Of a stretch of 64,000 nt of DNA, positions 52,620-64,000 are shown in pieces; position 1 is the stretch's first letter, and the number at the start of each line of letters is the position of its first letter. Origin of the DNA: Lingula anatina (taxonomy: Eukaryota > Animalia > Brachiopoda); assembly GCA_051362555.1 (NCBI GenBank), contig CM120647.1, positions 3,844,001-3,908,000 on the forward strand, in the 5' to 3' direction. The notes beneath the pieces are model-generated. The model had not been told where the DNA came from. It did not search any database and saw only the letters and a program-made list of their open reading frames with translations. Both the position numbers and the translations under genes were made by a program.

Positions 52620-54381
52620 GTTAAGTTCATCAAAAGGTAGGTCAAAGGTCAATTTCACAGTAAGATTGCCAGTATATGACTTCCTATTCAAGTTCAATAG
52701 TAAATATGGACCTATCTCTGCCAGGTTAGGAGTTAAAAGAGAAAGAAATTAGCAGAGTTCAGTTCATGGTGAAAAGTAGGTCAAAGGTCAATTTTAAGGT
52801 CACATTTAGATTGCCAGTATATGACTTCCTATTCAACTTCAATAGTAACTATAGACCTATCTCTGCCAGTTTTGGAGATAAAAGGGCAGCAAAATTTGTA
52901 AAGTTCAGTTCATGGTGAATAGTAGGTCAAAGGTCAATTTTAAGGTCACATTAAGATTGCCAGTATATGGCTTCCTATTCAACTTCAATAGTAACTATGG
53001 ACCTATCTCTGCCAGTTTTGGAGATAAAAGGGAAGCAAAATTTGCAAAGTTCAGTACATGGTAAAAAGTAGGTCAAAGGTCAATTTTAAGGTCACATTAA
53101 GATTACCAGTATATGACTTCCTATTCAACTTCAATAGTAACTTTGGACCTATCTGTGCCAGCTTGGGAGATAAAAGGGAAGCAAAATTTGCAAAGTTCAG
53201 TTCATGGTGAAAAATAGGTCAAAGGTCAATTTCAAGGTCATATTTAGATTGCCAGTATATGACTTCCTATTCAAGTTCAATAGTAACTATGGACCTATCT
53301 CTGCCAGTTTTGGAGATAAAAGGGAAGCAAAATTTGCAAAGTTCAGTTCATGGTGAAAAATAGGTCAAAGGACAATTTCAAGGTCACGTTTAGATTGCCA
53401 GTATATGACTTCCTATTCAAGTTCAATAGTAACTATGGACCTATCTCTGCCAGTTTTGGAGATAAAAGGGAAGCAAAATTTGCAAAGTTCAGTTCATGGT
53501 GAAAAGTAGGTCAAAGGTCAATTTCAAGGTCACATTCAGATTGCCAGTGTATGACTTCCTATTCAAGTTCAATAGTAACTATGGACCTATCTCTGCCAGG
53601 TTAGGAGTTAAAAGAGAAAGAAATTAGCAAAGTTCAGTTCATGGTGAAAAGTAGGTCAAAGGTCAATTTCAAGGTCACACTTGGATTGCCAGTATATGAC
53701 TTCCTATTCAAGTTCAATAGTAACTATGGACCTATCTCTGCCAGTTTTGGAGATAAAAGGGAAGCAAAATTTGCAAATGTTAGCTCATGGTGAAAAGTAG
53801 GTCAAAGGCCAATTTCAAGGTCACGTTTAGATTGCCAGTATATGACTTCCTATTCAAGTTCAATAGTAACTATGGACCTATCTCTGCCAGTTTTGGAGAT
53901 AAAAGGGAAGCAAAATTTGCAAAGGTTAGCTCATGGTGAAAAGTAGGTCAAAGGTCAATTTCAAGGTCACGTTTAGATTGCCAGTATATGACTTCCTATT
54001 CAAGTTCAATAGTAACTATGGACCTATCTCTGCCAGTTTTGGAGATAAAAGGGAAGCAAAATTTGCAAAGTTCAGTTCATGGTGAAAAGTAGGTCAAAGG
54101 TCAATTTCAAGGTCACATTCCGATTGCCAGTGTATGACTTCCTATTCAAGTTCAATAGTAACTATGGACCTATCTCTGCCAGTTTTGGAGATAAAAGGGA
54201 AACAAAATTTGCAAAGGTTAGTTCATGGTGAAAAGTAGGTCAAAGTTCAATTTCAAGGTCACATTTAGATTGCCAGTATATGACTTCCCATTCAACTTCA
54301 ATAGTATCTATGGACCTATCTCTGCCAGTTTTGGAGATAAAAGGGAAGCAAAATATGCAAAGTTTAGTTCATGGTGAAAAG
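52620..54381. repeat. 146-bp tandem satellite, about 12 copies
   Basis: tcaaaggtcaatt recurs at 52781, 52927 and onward with period 146. Confidence 0.95.
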
Positions 54382-54590
54382 TAGTCAGGCGGCTCAGTCC
54401 AAATTTTATCCAGAATTGTGCAAAAGATGATAAAAGCATGAAATTTTCCACGATGAATGACCATTGGGTGTTTGTCAACCCCCCGATCCAAAATAAATGA
54501 ACACCCAATGGTCATTCATCGTGGAAAGTTTCATGCTTTTATCATCTATTGCACAATTCTGGATAAAATTTGGACTGAGCCACCTGACTA
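54382..54590. mobile_element. Foldback MITE (TAGTC...GACTA) with about 90-bp TIRs
   Basis: Near-perfect hairpin tagtcaggcggctcagtcc...ggactgagccacctgacta. Confidence 0.85.
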
Positions 54591-55879
54591 TACCGTACTG
54601 CACATTTTGCTTTCACCACCAATATGTACTTTTTGATAGCGTAACTCGAAAACCATTTGGAATACAAAAAAACGGAGACCACTTCCAGTGTTGGGCTTTA
54701 CATGCTCTACAAAATGCAAAAAAGAATGGGTCTCTAGCATTAACGGTTCCCGAATTAGAGACAGTTTTCAGTTTCGGCATCTTATGGCCGCTACTCCCGT
54801 GAAAATGCACCGATTGACCCCAAATTCACGGAGATGAAAGATGACCTGAAGGGTAACACTTTCCAATAATATTATTGGTTAAGTCTGTGTGGTGTCTGAA
54901 TAACAGGGCAAAAAAAATTTTTTTCGTAAAAAAATTTATTTTTTTGAAAATTTTGGCCCGTTTGACCTTGAAGTAAAGGTCAAAGGTCAAATCCAAGGGC
55001 ATATTTGAAATCTACACATATGACTTTTGGAAAGCCGTCTGTAGAAATTTTTCCCATAACCCCCTCCGTAGGGTAGATAATTAGCATTTAATTTTGCCAT
55101 TTTTGGCCAAGGGTGCATTGCAATGAGTGCCACACCCAGACCCCAATACGGGCAAAGCCCAAATTTTACGTGGAACGAGTTGAGATTATAGGTGACCTAA
55201 ATCCAAGAGATGGGTACGGGGGCCCTTACCGTCTAGGAGGAGAAGGGGTAACGGTAGCCGTCCGTAGCCGTCCGTAGGCGGAGCCGGCGGAACGATCTGG
55301 ACGGGACCGAAACCATGTGTACCGCCAGCGCTAACGCTGGTGGTACAATAACCATGCAGTAACTGTTTCAATTAAACTTGCATGCTGTCTACATACATGC
55401 AAACTCTGATAGATATAGATATAGATGTACAATAAAAAGACAATTACATGTGCACAAACACAAACCCCAGTATATTGTTGATGCTTTTGAATAAAATTCC
55501 ATCATGAATAAAATCACTCAATGAGTTGAACCAGTTTGAAACACTTGTGCTTTTTTCATATCCATATCACTAAGAAATGATACATCAGGCTCCTTGACAA
55601 GCTAATAATAATTAAAGGAATTAACAATGCAACAAGTACATCTACCAAATTAACAACAGCTCATTTAAATGTCAGGTAAAAACACAACATCCCTTCATTT
55701 GTTAAAGAGAATTAAACTGTCCTTTCAAATATATGCTAATTGACAGTTCAGTCTTAAATTGTCTTTTCAAACATTTGCAGAATAACATATGAACTCCAAC
55801 TATAATTATTCTAACCACATTGAAAATTCTCAAATCTAATCAACTCATATCAAACCCCATGTCCCTTTCACAAATTCCA

Positions 55880-56741
55880 CATGGTCTCTTTCTTTGCCTG
55901 CCTTTAAGTCACATTCAAATGCTCCCTTCACTTTAAAGGTTTCTCAGACGTGTCTGAATAATACTGTTTGTTTTGTGGTCCTCCACAAGAGCCTGAGACA
56001 CATTTTTTTCTTGGATTGCAGCATTCCCCATGTATTTTCATCAATGATATTACAATATGCGCCTGAATCTGGTAATACAGCTAGTACACTGAGATTAATG
56101 CCGCCTATCTCTATTTCCACCAAGTCTCAGTGTATATTGCATTGGTTACCCCACACCAAATGTATATGCACTCCTGGATTATCATGTTAATAACTGTCAT
56201 ATACATGAATATCAGTTTCAGTTTTGCAGACTTGTTGCACGTTCCATGTTTTCTCAGTCGGGGTGGTTTCTACTTCGTTTTTTCATGTCTGAACTCGTGG
56301 TGTTTAGACTGAGTTGGTTTGTCAAATGACTTCGGTTTTTAACATACTCACAGTTTCTGGAGTTGCACTTTCATTAAAAGCGTTAACAGTCTATGTGTAT
56401 CCATGTTTCACACCTGCAGTACGTTTGGGAGAGTCATGAAAATATCTTGTACACGTGTCCCCCTGAATGCTACATCAGCGCGCGTCTCTTCTGACATGTA
56501 TTTTTTAATTTTCTGTCTTTGTTCATTATTTCTTTTCGTACGTTGGTTCTGCAACGATCAAACCTTTTCCGTCAGCAAATGATTTATCTCTCTCTTTCTC
56601 ATCCTGCAAACTGTCTAGCCAGCGTGGCCCGTATTTCTCCGAACTTCTGTACGCTTCGAATTTCGTAATTTCACGTTTTTCCTCCATTTTCTCAAAGAAA
56701 GTTGGCTTGCAGTTTTGCACTAAAGTTAATCCTCGTCTCCA
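55880..56741 (-). mobile_element. Degenerate Gypsy (Mag-like) LTR retrotransposon: PBS, gag and aspartic protease remnants
   Basis: PBS-like TGGAGACGAGGAT at 56741-56729; gag motifs GPRW, FADGKGLIV, RRAL and VQDIFMTL; protease VEIEIGGINLSVL...DSGAYCNIIDENTW near 56030-56125. Confidence 0.8.
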
Positions 56742-57150
56742 GTGTTGATGACTTCGAATTATATCGCATCACGAATCGAATCAATCAACGAAGTTTGATA
56801 CGCCTGTGCTTCTTCGTATCCACAACTCTAAAAACGCTACATCCGGGTACTTGACCGGCTTGTCATAAAAAGCGGAATTTAAAAATAGCGGAACGAGTAC
56901 TTTGCTCTAAAAAGTTATCAGTTCATTCAAATGACAAGTCCAATTTATATCAAATAGTGCAAATATGATGAGGGGACTTTGAAGAAAAGAGAGAAAGAGA
57001 GAGATAAATCAACATTGATCAAATGACGTTAGTTCAATGCATTCAGCTCACTTGTCAATAAAAAAATAGACAAAAATTAAAAAATTAAAATAATAAAATA
57101 AATAAAAAATAATTTAAAATAAATGACATCACCAAATATTGGCTTGATGG

Positions 57151-57153
<3 letters not shown>

Positions 57154-57232
<79 letters not shown>
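57154..57232. repeat. (TA)n microsatellite (others at 62075-62137 and 62329-62420)
   Basis: Direct reading of the sequence. Confidence 0.95.
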
Positions 57233-57238
<6 letters not shown>

Positions 57239-57569
57239 TTTTTATTTTTTTTTTACAGACACAGATTTGTCTGTATAGGCTTCAAATAGCTGTCACCTGG
57301 GGTCTGTCCTCGCGGTCGGCATGCATACTGTCTCAAGTTGAAATGCAAAAACTGAATCCATGTTGAATTAACATCTTTAACTAATTATAAGTTAATTACC
57401 TCCTGAATAGTCATTATGTTAACTTGAAATGCCAAAGTTGAATCAATGTTAAAACCTGACCAGAAAATCAATGTTGGGAGGAATAATTGAATTAATGTGA
57501 AAAATTTACTCAAACATCAACATTCAAAAATGCAAGTTGAATAAGGTTGAAATAATGTAGGTTTATCAA

Positions 57570-58067
57570 CTCAATCTTACTTCAAAGTTGAATCAATGTT
57601 GACATGCCAACGTTGAATTTGTTGTCGTTGAATCAAAGTTGAATCAATGTTGAAATGTCAACGTTGAATTTGTTGTTGTTGAATCAAAGTTGAATCAATG
57701 TTGATAAGCCAACGTTGAATTTGTTTTCGTTGAATCAACGTTGGATCAATGTTGAAATGTCAACGTTGAATTTGTTGTCGTGAAATCAAAGTTGAATCAA
57801 CGTTGAAATGCCAACATTGAATTTGTTGTCGTTGAATCAACGTTGAATCAACGTTGAAATGCCAACATTGAATTTGTTGTCATTGAATCAATGTTGAATC
57901 AACGTTGAAATGCCAACGTTGAATTTGTTGTCGTTGAATCAACGTTGAATTTGGCATTTCAACGTTGAATTATGGTCGTTGAATCAATGTTGATTCAACG
58001 TTTATCAACGTCTCAACATAAACTCAACGTTGATTCAACGTTGAATCAACGTTGTGTGCCTGCTGGG
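57570..58067. repeat. About 51-bp tandem repeats rich in palindromic caacgttg and gttgaatcaac, ending in a CTGCTGGG terminus (MITE-associated)
   Basis: Repeated gttgaatcaacgttgaaatgccaacgttgaatttgttgtc, with a related end at about 33005-33076. Confidence 0.8.
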
Positions 58068-58076
58068 TTATGTATA

Positions 58077-59729
58077 CACTGATGCTCATAAGTTAAGCAA
58101 CACTTTCTTATTTCTCAAATTTCTCAGCAACCAAGCTTTTTATTGACGCAAAATTTGTACAGTAGCTAGATATTTCTCTTGTTTTTACTTTGACTTACTG
58201 GATCTTGACATTTGAGAACTACAACGTATTTACTGCTGGACACGGTAGAATATGCAATGGGGGTGCCACTTATGAAAAACACAGTTTGGCCATGCCATGT
58301 GGAGCTTCCAGTTTGGCTAGTTTCATGGGCACAATTTGTTATATTGCAGCAACCAATGGTTAGAAGAGGACTTAACGAGGTAATCAGATGGCAAATAATA
58401 GGAATCCATCGTGCTGGGGTGCCAAAGAGACAGATTGCAAGGCAACAAAGAGTAGCGCCAAGTGAAGTGTCCAAGCTGGTAGCAAAATGGCGCCAAACTC
58501 ATCATGTATTGGGCAAGCCTCTTTCTGGTAGACCAATATTCACCGATTCAAGAGATGAAGATGTCTGGTTCGATAACAAGCCACCAGATGTCGCCCAAAC
58601 AACTGAGGAACATCTAGCCTGGATTAGGAAGAGCTCGAATCAGTAGGCAAACAGTCATCAGGCATCTTTTAAAAGCCGAACTTCCATCTAAAAGGCCTCG
58701 TCAAAAGCCACCGTCGACCAACAGACACAAGCAGATAAAATTGGCATGATACCGAGAAAGATGGAATCTCAGGACTGGGCGAAAGGTCCTGTGGACTGAG
58801 GAGACCAGATTCACTTTGATATATGCAAATTGTCGGCTAGGCGTCTGGAGAGGTCCAAACCAAGCGTCTCAGGATGATTGCGTTCTTCCACGTGTTCAGG
58901 GTGGCGGAGTATCCGTCATGGTACGGTGAATATTCTCATATGATGAAAAATTGCCACTGTACGTCATTCAAGGGATGTTCACTGGTCAACAACATAGAGA
59001 CGAAGTACCATTGGGGCGCATACAATCACACATTCAAGAAAATCCAGGAAGAAAAATCATTTTTGTGCAGGACAATGCGCCCATCCAGAAAGCACGGTCC
59101 GTGCACGACGCACTGCAACAGCACGGTATCCCAAATTTAGATTGGTATGGATATTCGCCAACTCTCAATGAAATCGAACATGCTTAGAATATGATTGACA
59201 GGGTGGTAAATGAGAGACAATCTCAACAAGTTAGAAACATTAGAGAGGTCCAGCAGGCAGTAACTGAAGAATGGAACCAAAAGCAAGATTGGCAGAATTT
59301 GGTGGCAAGTTGCAGGAGACAATGTGAAGCTTTTGTTCAAAACCAGGGAAGGCACACCCGATATTTATTGCATAATAGATGATAAATCATCTATTATCTA
59401 CAGTCTTCTTTTAATAAAACTAATTCTTAGATGATTGAACTTTATTTTTTCACAATAAGCTGTTTTAATCAGCACCTACTTTTTGCTGTGTGAGCATACT
59501 TTTTTGACGCACGGTTAGGCATATTTTAGTACCGTTTGGTTAATAAAGTTATTTTGATTATTACAATAAGCTATGTGGTGTATTTCTTTAGCCGAAATAT
59601 TCAATTTGATTAAGTTATTTATAAAATATGAAAGAAATATGCATTATCCCACTAACAACTGAAATAATGATCATGATAGAATTAACTTTTGAAAAAATCG
59701 GGGTGTTGCTTAACTTATGAGCATCAGTG
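58077..59729 (+). mobile_element. Full-length but defective Tc1 element
   Basis: TIRs CACTGATGCTCATAAGTTAAGCAACAC at both ends; HTH (RQIARQ), GRP, VLWTEETRF, FVQDNAP and SPTLNEIEHA motifs with stops. Confidence 0.92.
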
Positions 59730-61754
59730 CACATTAATTGCAGCCAGAGAGAATAGCATGTGAGGAAGATAATTGTCGGGGTGTTGCTTAACTTATGAGC
59801 ATCAGTGCACATTAATTGCAGCCAGAGAGAATAGCATGTGAGGAAGATTCGTTTTTTAGCAGGTTTTGCGGTAAAAAATAAATAAACGAATTTTGGGATA
59901 GCCCAAGGTATTATCGCACTTTGAGTGAGACACACACGGTCACAGCAGTCAGTTACGGAGTTTCTAGGAGCTGATTTTCCTTTTTTTTATGTACAGACAC
60001 ATGACTGCTGTGACCGTGTGTGTGCTCACTCAAAGTGCGATAATACATGTGTCTGTACATAAAGCCATCGTCTAAGTCTGTAGTCGCTGTAACCTCCACC
60101 GTCCCCGTCGTTGATGTGCACTCTCACTGATAACCCAATAAGTGAAAAATCGTTGGACTTATTGTCTTCAAACTTGCAGAACTGATGAACATTAATAAAA
60201 TACAGGGTCCAGCTTCATCAACACTGGATATCGATATTCTATAGATAACAGTATACTTTGGATAGTTTTCCTGAGGATGGCAGCCATTTAACCAGCATCA
60301 GAAAGCAGTATCAGAGACATTACTTCATTACCTCACCCACAGGTAATTACCCAGAGGATAGCAATTTTATCTAATGGATAGTGTTATCCAGAGGATGGCG
60401 CTATACATTCTTAATGAAACTGGACTCAGGTCTAGTTGGGAAATCAGCATGATCTGGCAATTTTGGCAAATGTTGTGATGTTTTTTTTTTCATTTTTAAC
60501 AAATATGCGACACTGATAACACATTTTAATGAAAACCGATAGGCGTCTTGTCTTGAAACTCACAGCAGTGATCAAGCTTATTCAGATACAGGTTAAATCT
60601 GAAAATCAGCTTGATCAGACAATTTTCCAACAGTTCTGTTTTTTCGTATTTTTCATCATATTTTATTCACCATTACATAGATAACATAGAAACCATGTTT
60701 CATTTATCTCATCTTGGCATTTTCAACGTGTGAACTTGATATTTTATGGTCCTGAAGCTTTATGTTTATTACATATTTTAGTAGCATCCGTATTACCTGT
60801 GCCTAATTAGGTGTTTAGCATAATCTAGTATTGCATCAGGATCGACAGTAGCTTATTTTTCCGTCATTATTTTCTGCTTTTGTCCGTACATTTGGCAGCT
60901 TTGTTGCCTTGTTTCATCATATACAACATTGGTCAAAAGGTTGTCCCACCCCCATTTCCATCTACTTTTATTTACAAATGATCACCTCACAGCTGTGAAC
61001 TGTTAGAAATAGTGCTTTTTATTACGGATACAGTGTCTAACATGATTAATGGTTAAAAAAATACAAAATAGTGGTGAAAATATACACATTTTATACCATT
61101 TAGTAAAATTCATAAGAGGTACCCCCTCAAATCGACTGTTTCACTGTGACTTCTACAGATGTAAAGAAATGTCTGTAAAATTGAAAAGATGCCATCAAAT
61201 ATCACCAAATTCACACACAATTAGTTTTAGGGTATGCTCATTAAAGATCACGTGCCCAACAGCGTGTGCGTCTACCGCGTAGTGCAATTATCTCCTGTAG
61301 ATGGCGCGGCAAGCCTTCAACATGGGCAACATATCTGTTATGTGAGATATTTTCCCATTCAGCCTAAAGAACGTGGCGGAATTGGCCAAGATTATTTAGG
61401 AATTGGTTCTCCTTTGCAATGCACATTCCAAGTTATGCCACAGGTGCTCAGTAGGATTAATATCAGCACTCAAAGACGGTTGTCCCATCCTCAGAGCTCT
61501 GTGTTTCTGCAACAAATCGTTTGCCAGACGAGAGCTGTGAGCAAGTGCGTTGTCATAACGAAGCCAGTAGCATCCCTGAAGTCACCTCTTGCAAATGGAA
61601 AGAGATTTATGTTGAGAATGTTACATTATAATGTCCCTGTTACGTTTTGTTCCAAAAGGAACAATGTACTAATACCGTGGGCTTGGAATGTTCTCCAAAT
61701 GCGGATGGAAATGCTACCATTTAACCTGTATGAATTTAGTTTGGTTCAAATTTA

Positions 61755-62030
61755 CCGACCGGATGGCCTTGTAGTTAGAGTGTCCGCCTCCAGAGCAGGA
61801 GGACGTGGGTTCAAACCCAGGACATAACAGTCCTTTATAAACGATACCTGCTGTCTCCCCGCTTGGCACTCAGCACTAAGGGGTTGAAGCAGGGGCCTGG
61901 TCTGGCAGTGGTGTGATGATACGTTGGTTACCTCTGAGCGCCTAATATGGCAGCTGTATTCTCCCCAAGGAGGTGTGAGCGTCTATAGAGTCCAACAGGG
62001 GGGGGGGGGGGACAGGACCAGGTTTCTCAT
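61755..62030 (+). mobile_element. tRNA-derived SINE
   Basis: A-box-like tggccttgtagtt, B-box ggttcaaaccc, then a conserved-looking core gcttggcactcagca. No complete cloverleaf. Confidence 0.72.
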
Positions 62031-62070
62031 GTTTAAAAATAAATTTCATTAAAAAATTAAAAAAATGAAG

Positions 62071-62139
<69 letters not shown>

Positions 62140-62312
62140 CTTCAACCTTTGGGTTGCAATATTTCAATAAAGGTTATTATTAATTTGGTAATGTAATTTA
62201 CGAACTTCATTTAAGCATCTTGTTAACGATTGGGTAAATTTGGATACATTTGGAATAAAATACAATTTATCTTCTAAAATACACCTATACTGTTTATTTT
62301 TCTAGCATCAAT

Positions 62313-63802
<1,490 letters not shown>

Positions 63803-64000
63803 TGTGTGTGTATATATATATATATTGGCATAAAAAACCCTTGGTCCTCTGTTGTGTGTTTTGTGGTTTGGTCCATTTGCACTTTAACAAAACCATTACA
63901 AGAATGACATCGCAACACGTACGCCAAATGAGTGCACACCTATTCATCTTTCCCGGAGGGCTGAAAATCGCACTGTTTACAGGTCATATTGTTCAATAAC

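Larger units (their letters stand above)
52421..55351 (-). mobile_element. Helentron-associated (HINE-like) element with internal satellite
   Basis: CTAGT terminus, hairpin gaggcg-atac-cgcctc, 15-bp subterminal inverted repeat tattgtaccaccagc, and terminal stem-loop gtaccgccagcg-taa-cgctggtggtac. Confidence 0.78.

Noticed and set aside
52620-54381. Regular repeat array as a possible CRISPR
   Set aside because: The whole 146-bp unit repeats with no unique spacers, there are no cas genes, and the context is eukaryotic.
56526-56720. 64-aa ORF as an independent host gene
   Set aside because: Its motifs and the adjacent PBS identify it as decayed Gypsy gag, and the frame continues through several stops.
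61234-61827. 197-aa plus-strand ORF
   Set aside because: No recognisable domain. It runs into the SINE head and is probably an antisense reading of a decayed transposon.
61755-61830. tRNA gene
   Set aside because: A and B boxes are present but the acceptor stem is not convincing, and the sequence continues into a SINE-like body.

Overview
AT-rich, intron- and transposon-rich eukaryotic DNA, most consistent with a marine invertebrate (probably a lophotrochozoan or mollusc; inferred from the repeat landscape, not proven). The main feature is a minus-strand multi-exon gene, mostly missed by the ORF track, which I reconstructed by hand from GT-AG splice sites. Fourteen phase-compatible exons between 52188 and 11295 join into one stop-free frame of 3393 nt (about 1130 aa, start exon not identified). 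The order is TRAF2/3-type RING, TRAF zinc finger, linker, a second duplicated TRAF RING, a degenerate CARD, an acidic linker, ZU5, UPA, a Q-rich repeat region, a death-like domain and a C-terminal CARD. No MATH/TRAF-C exon was found. This looks like an exon-shuffled E3-ligase and death-fold signalling scaffold. The weakest link is the 18-kb intron between RING2 and the first CARD exon. The rest of the window is mobile DNA: five Tc1/mariner remnants, a pogo-like element, L1/Tx1 and Rex1-like LINEs, a Gypsy gag-protease remnant with PBS, Academ-like, P-like and hAT-like non-autonomous elements with TSDs, Helentron-type elements carrying a 146-bp satellite, MITEs, a tRNA-derived SINE and microsatellites.
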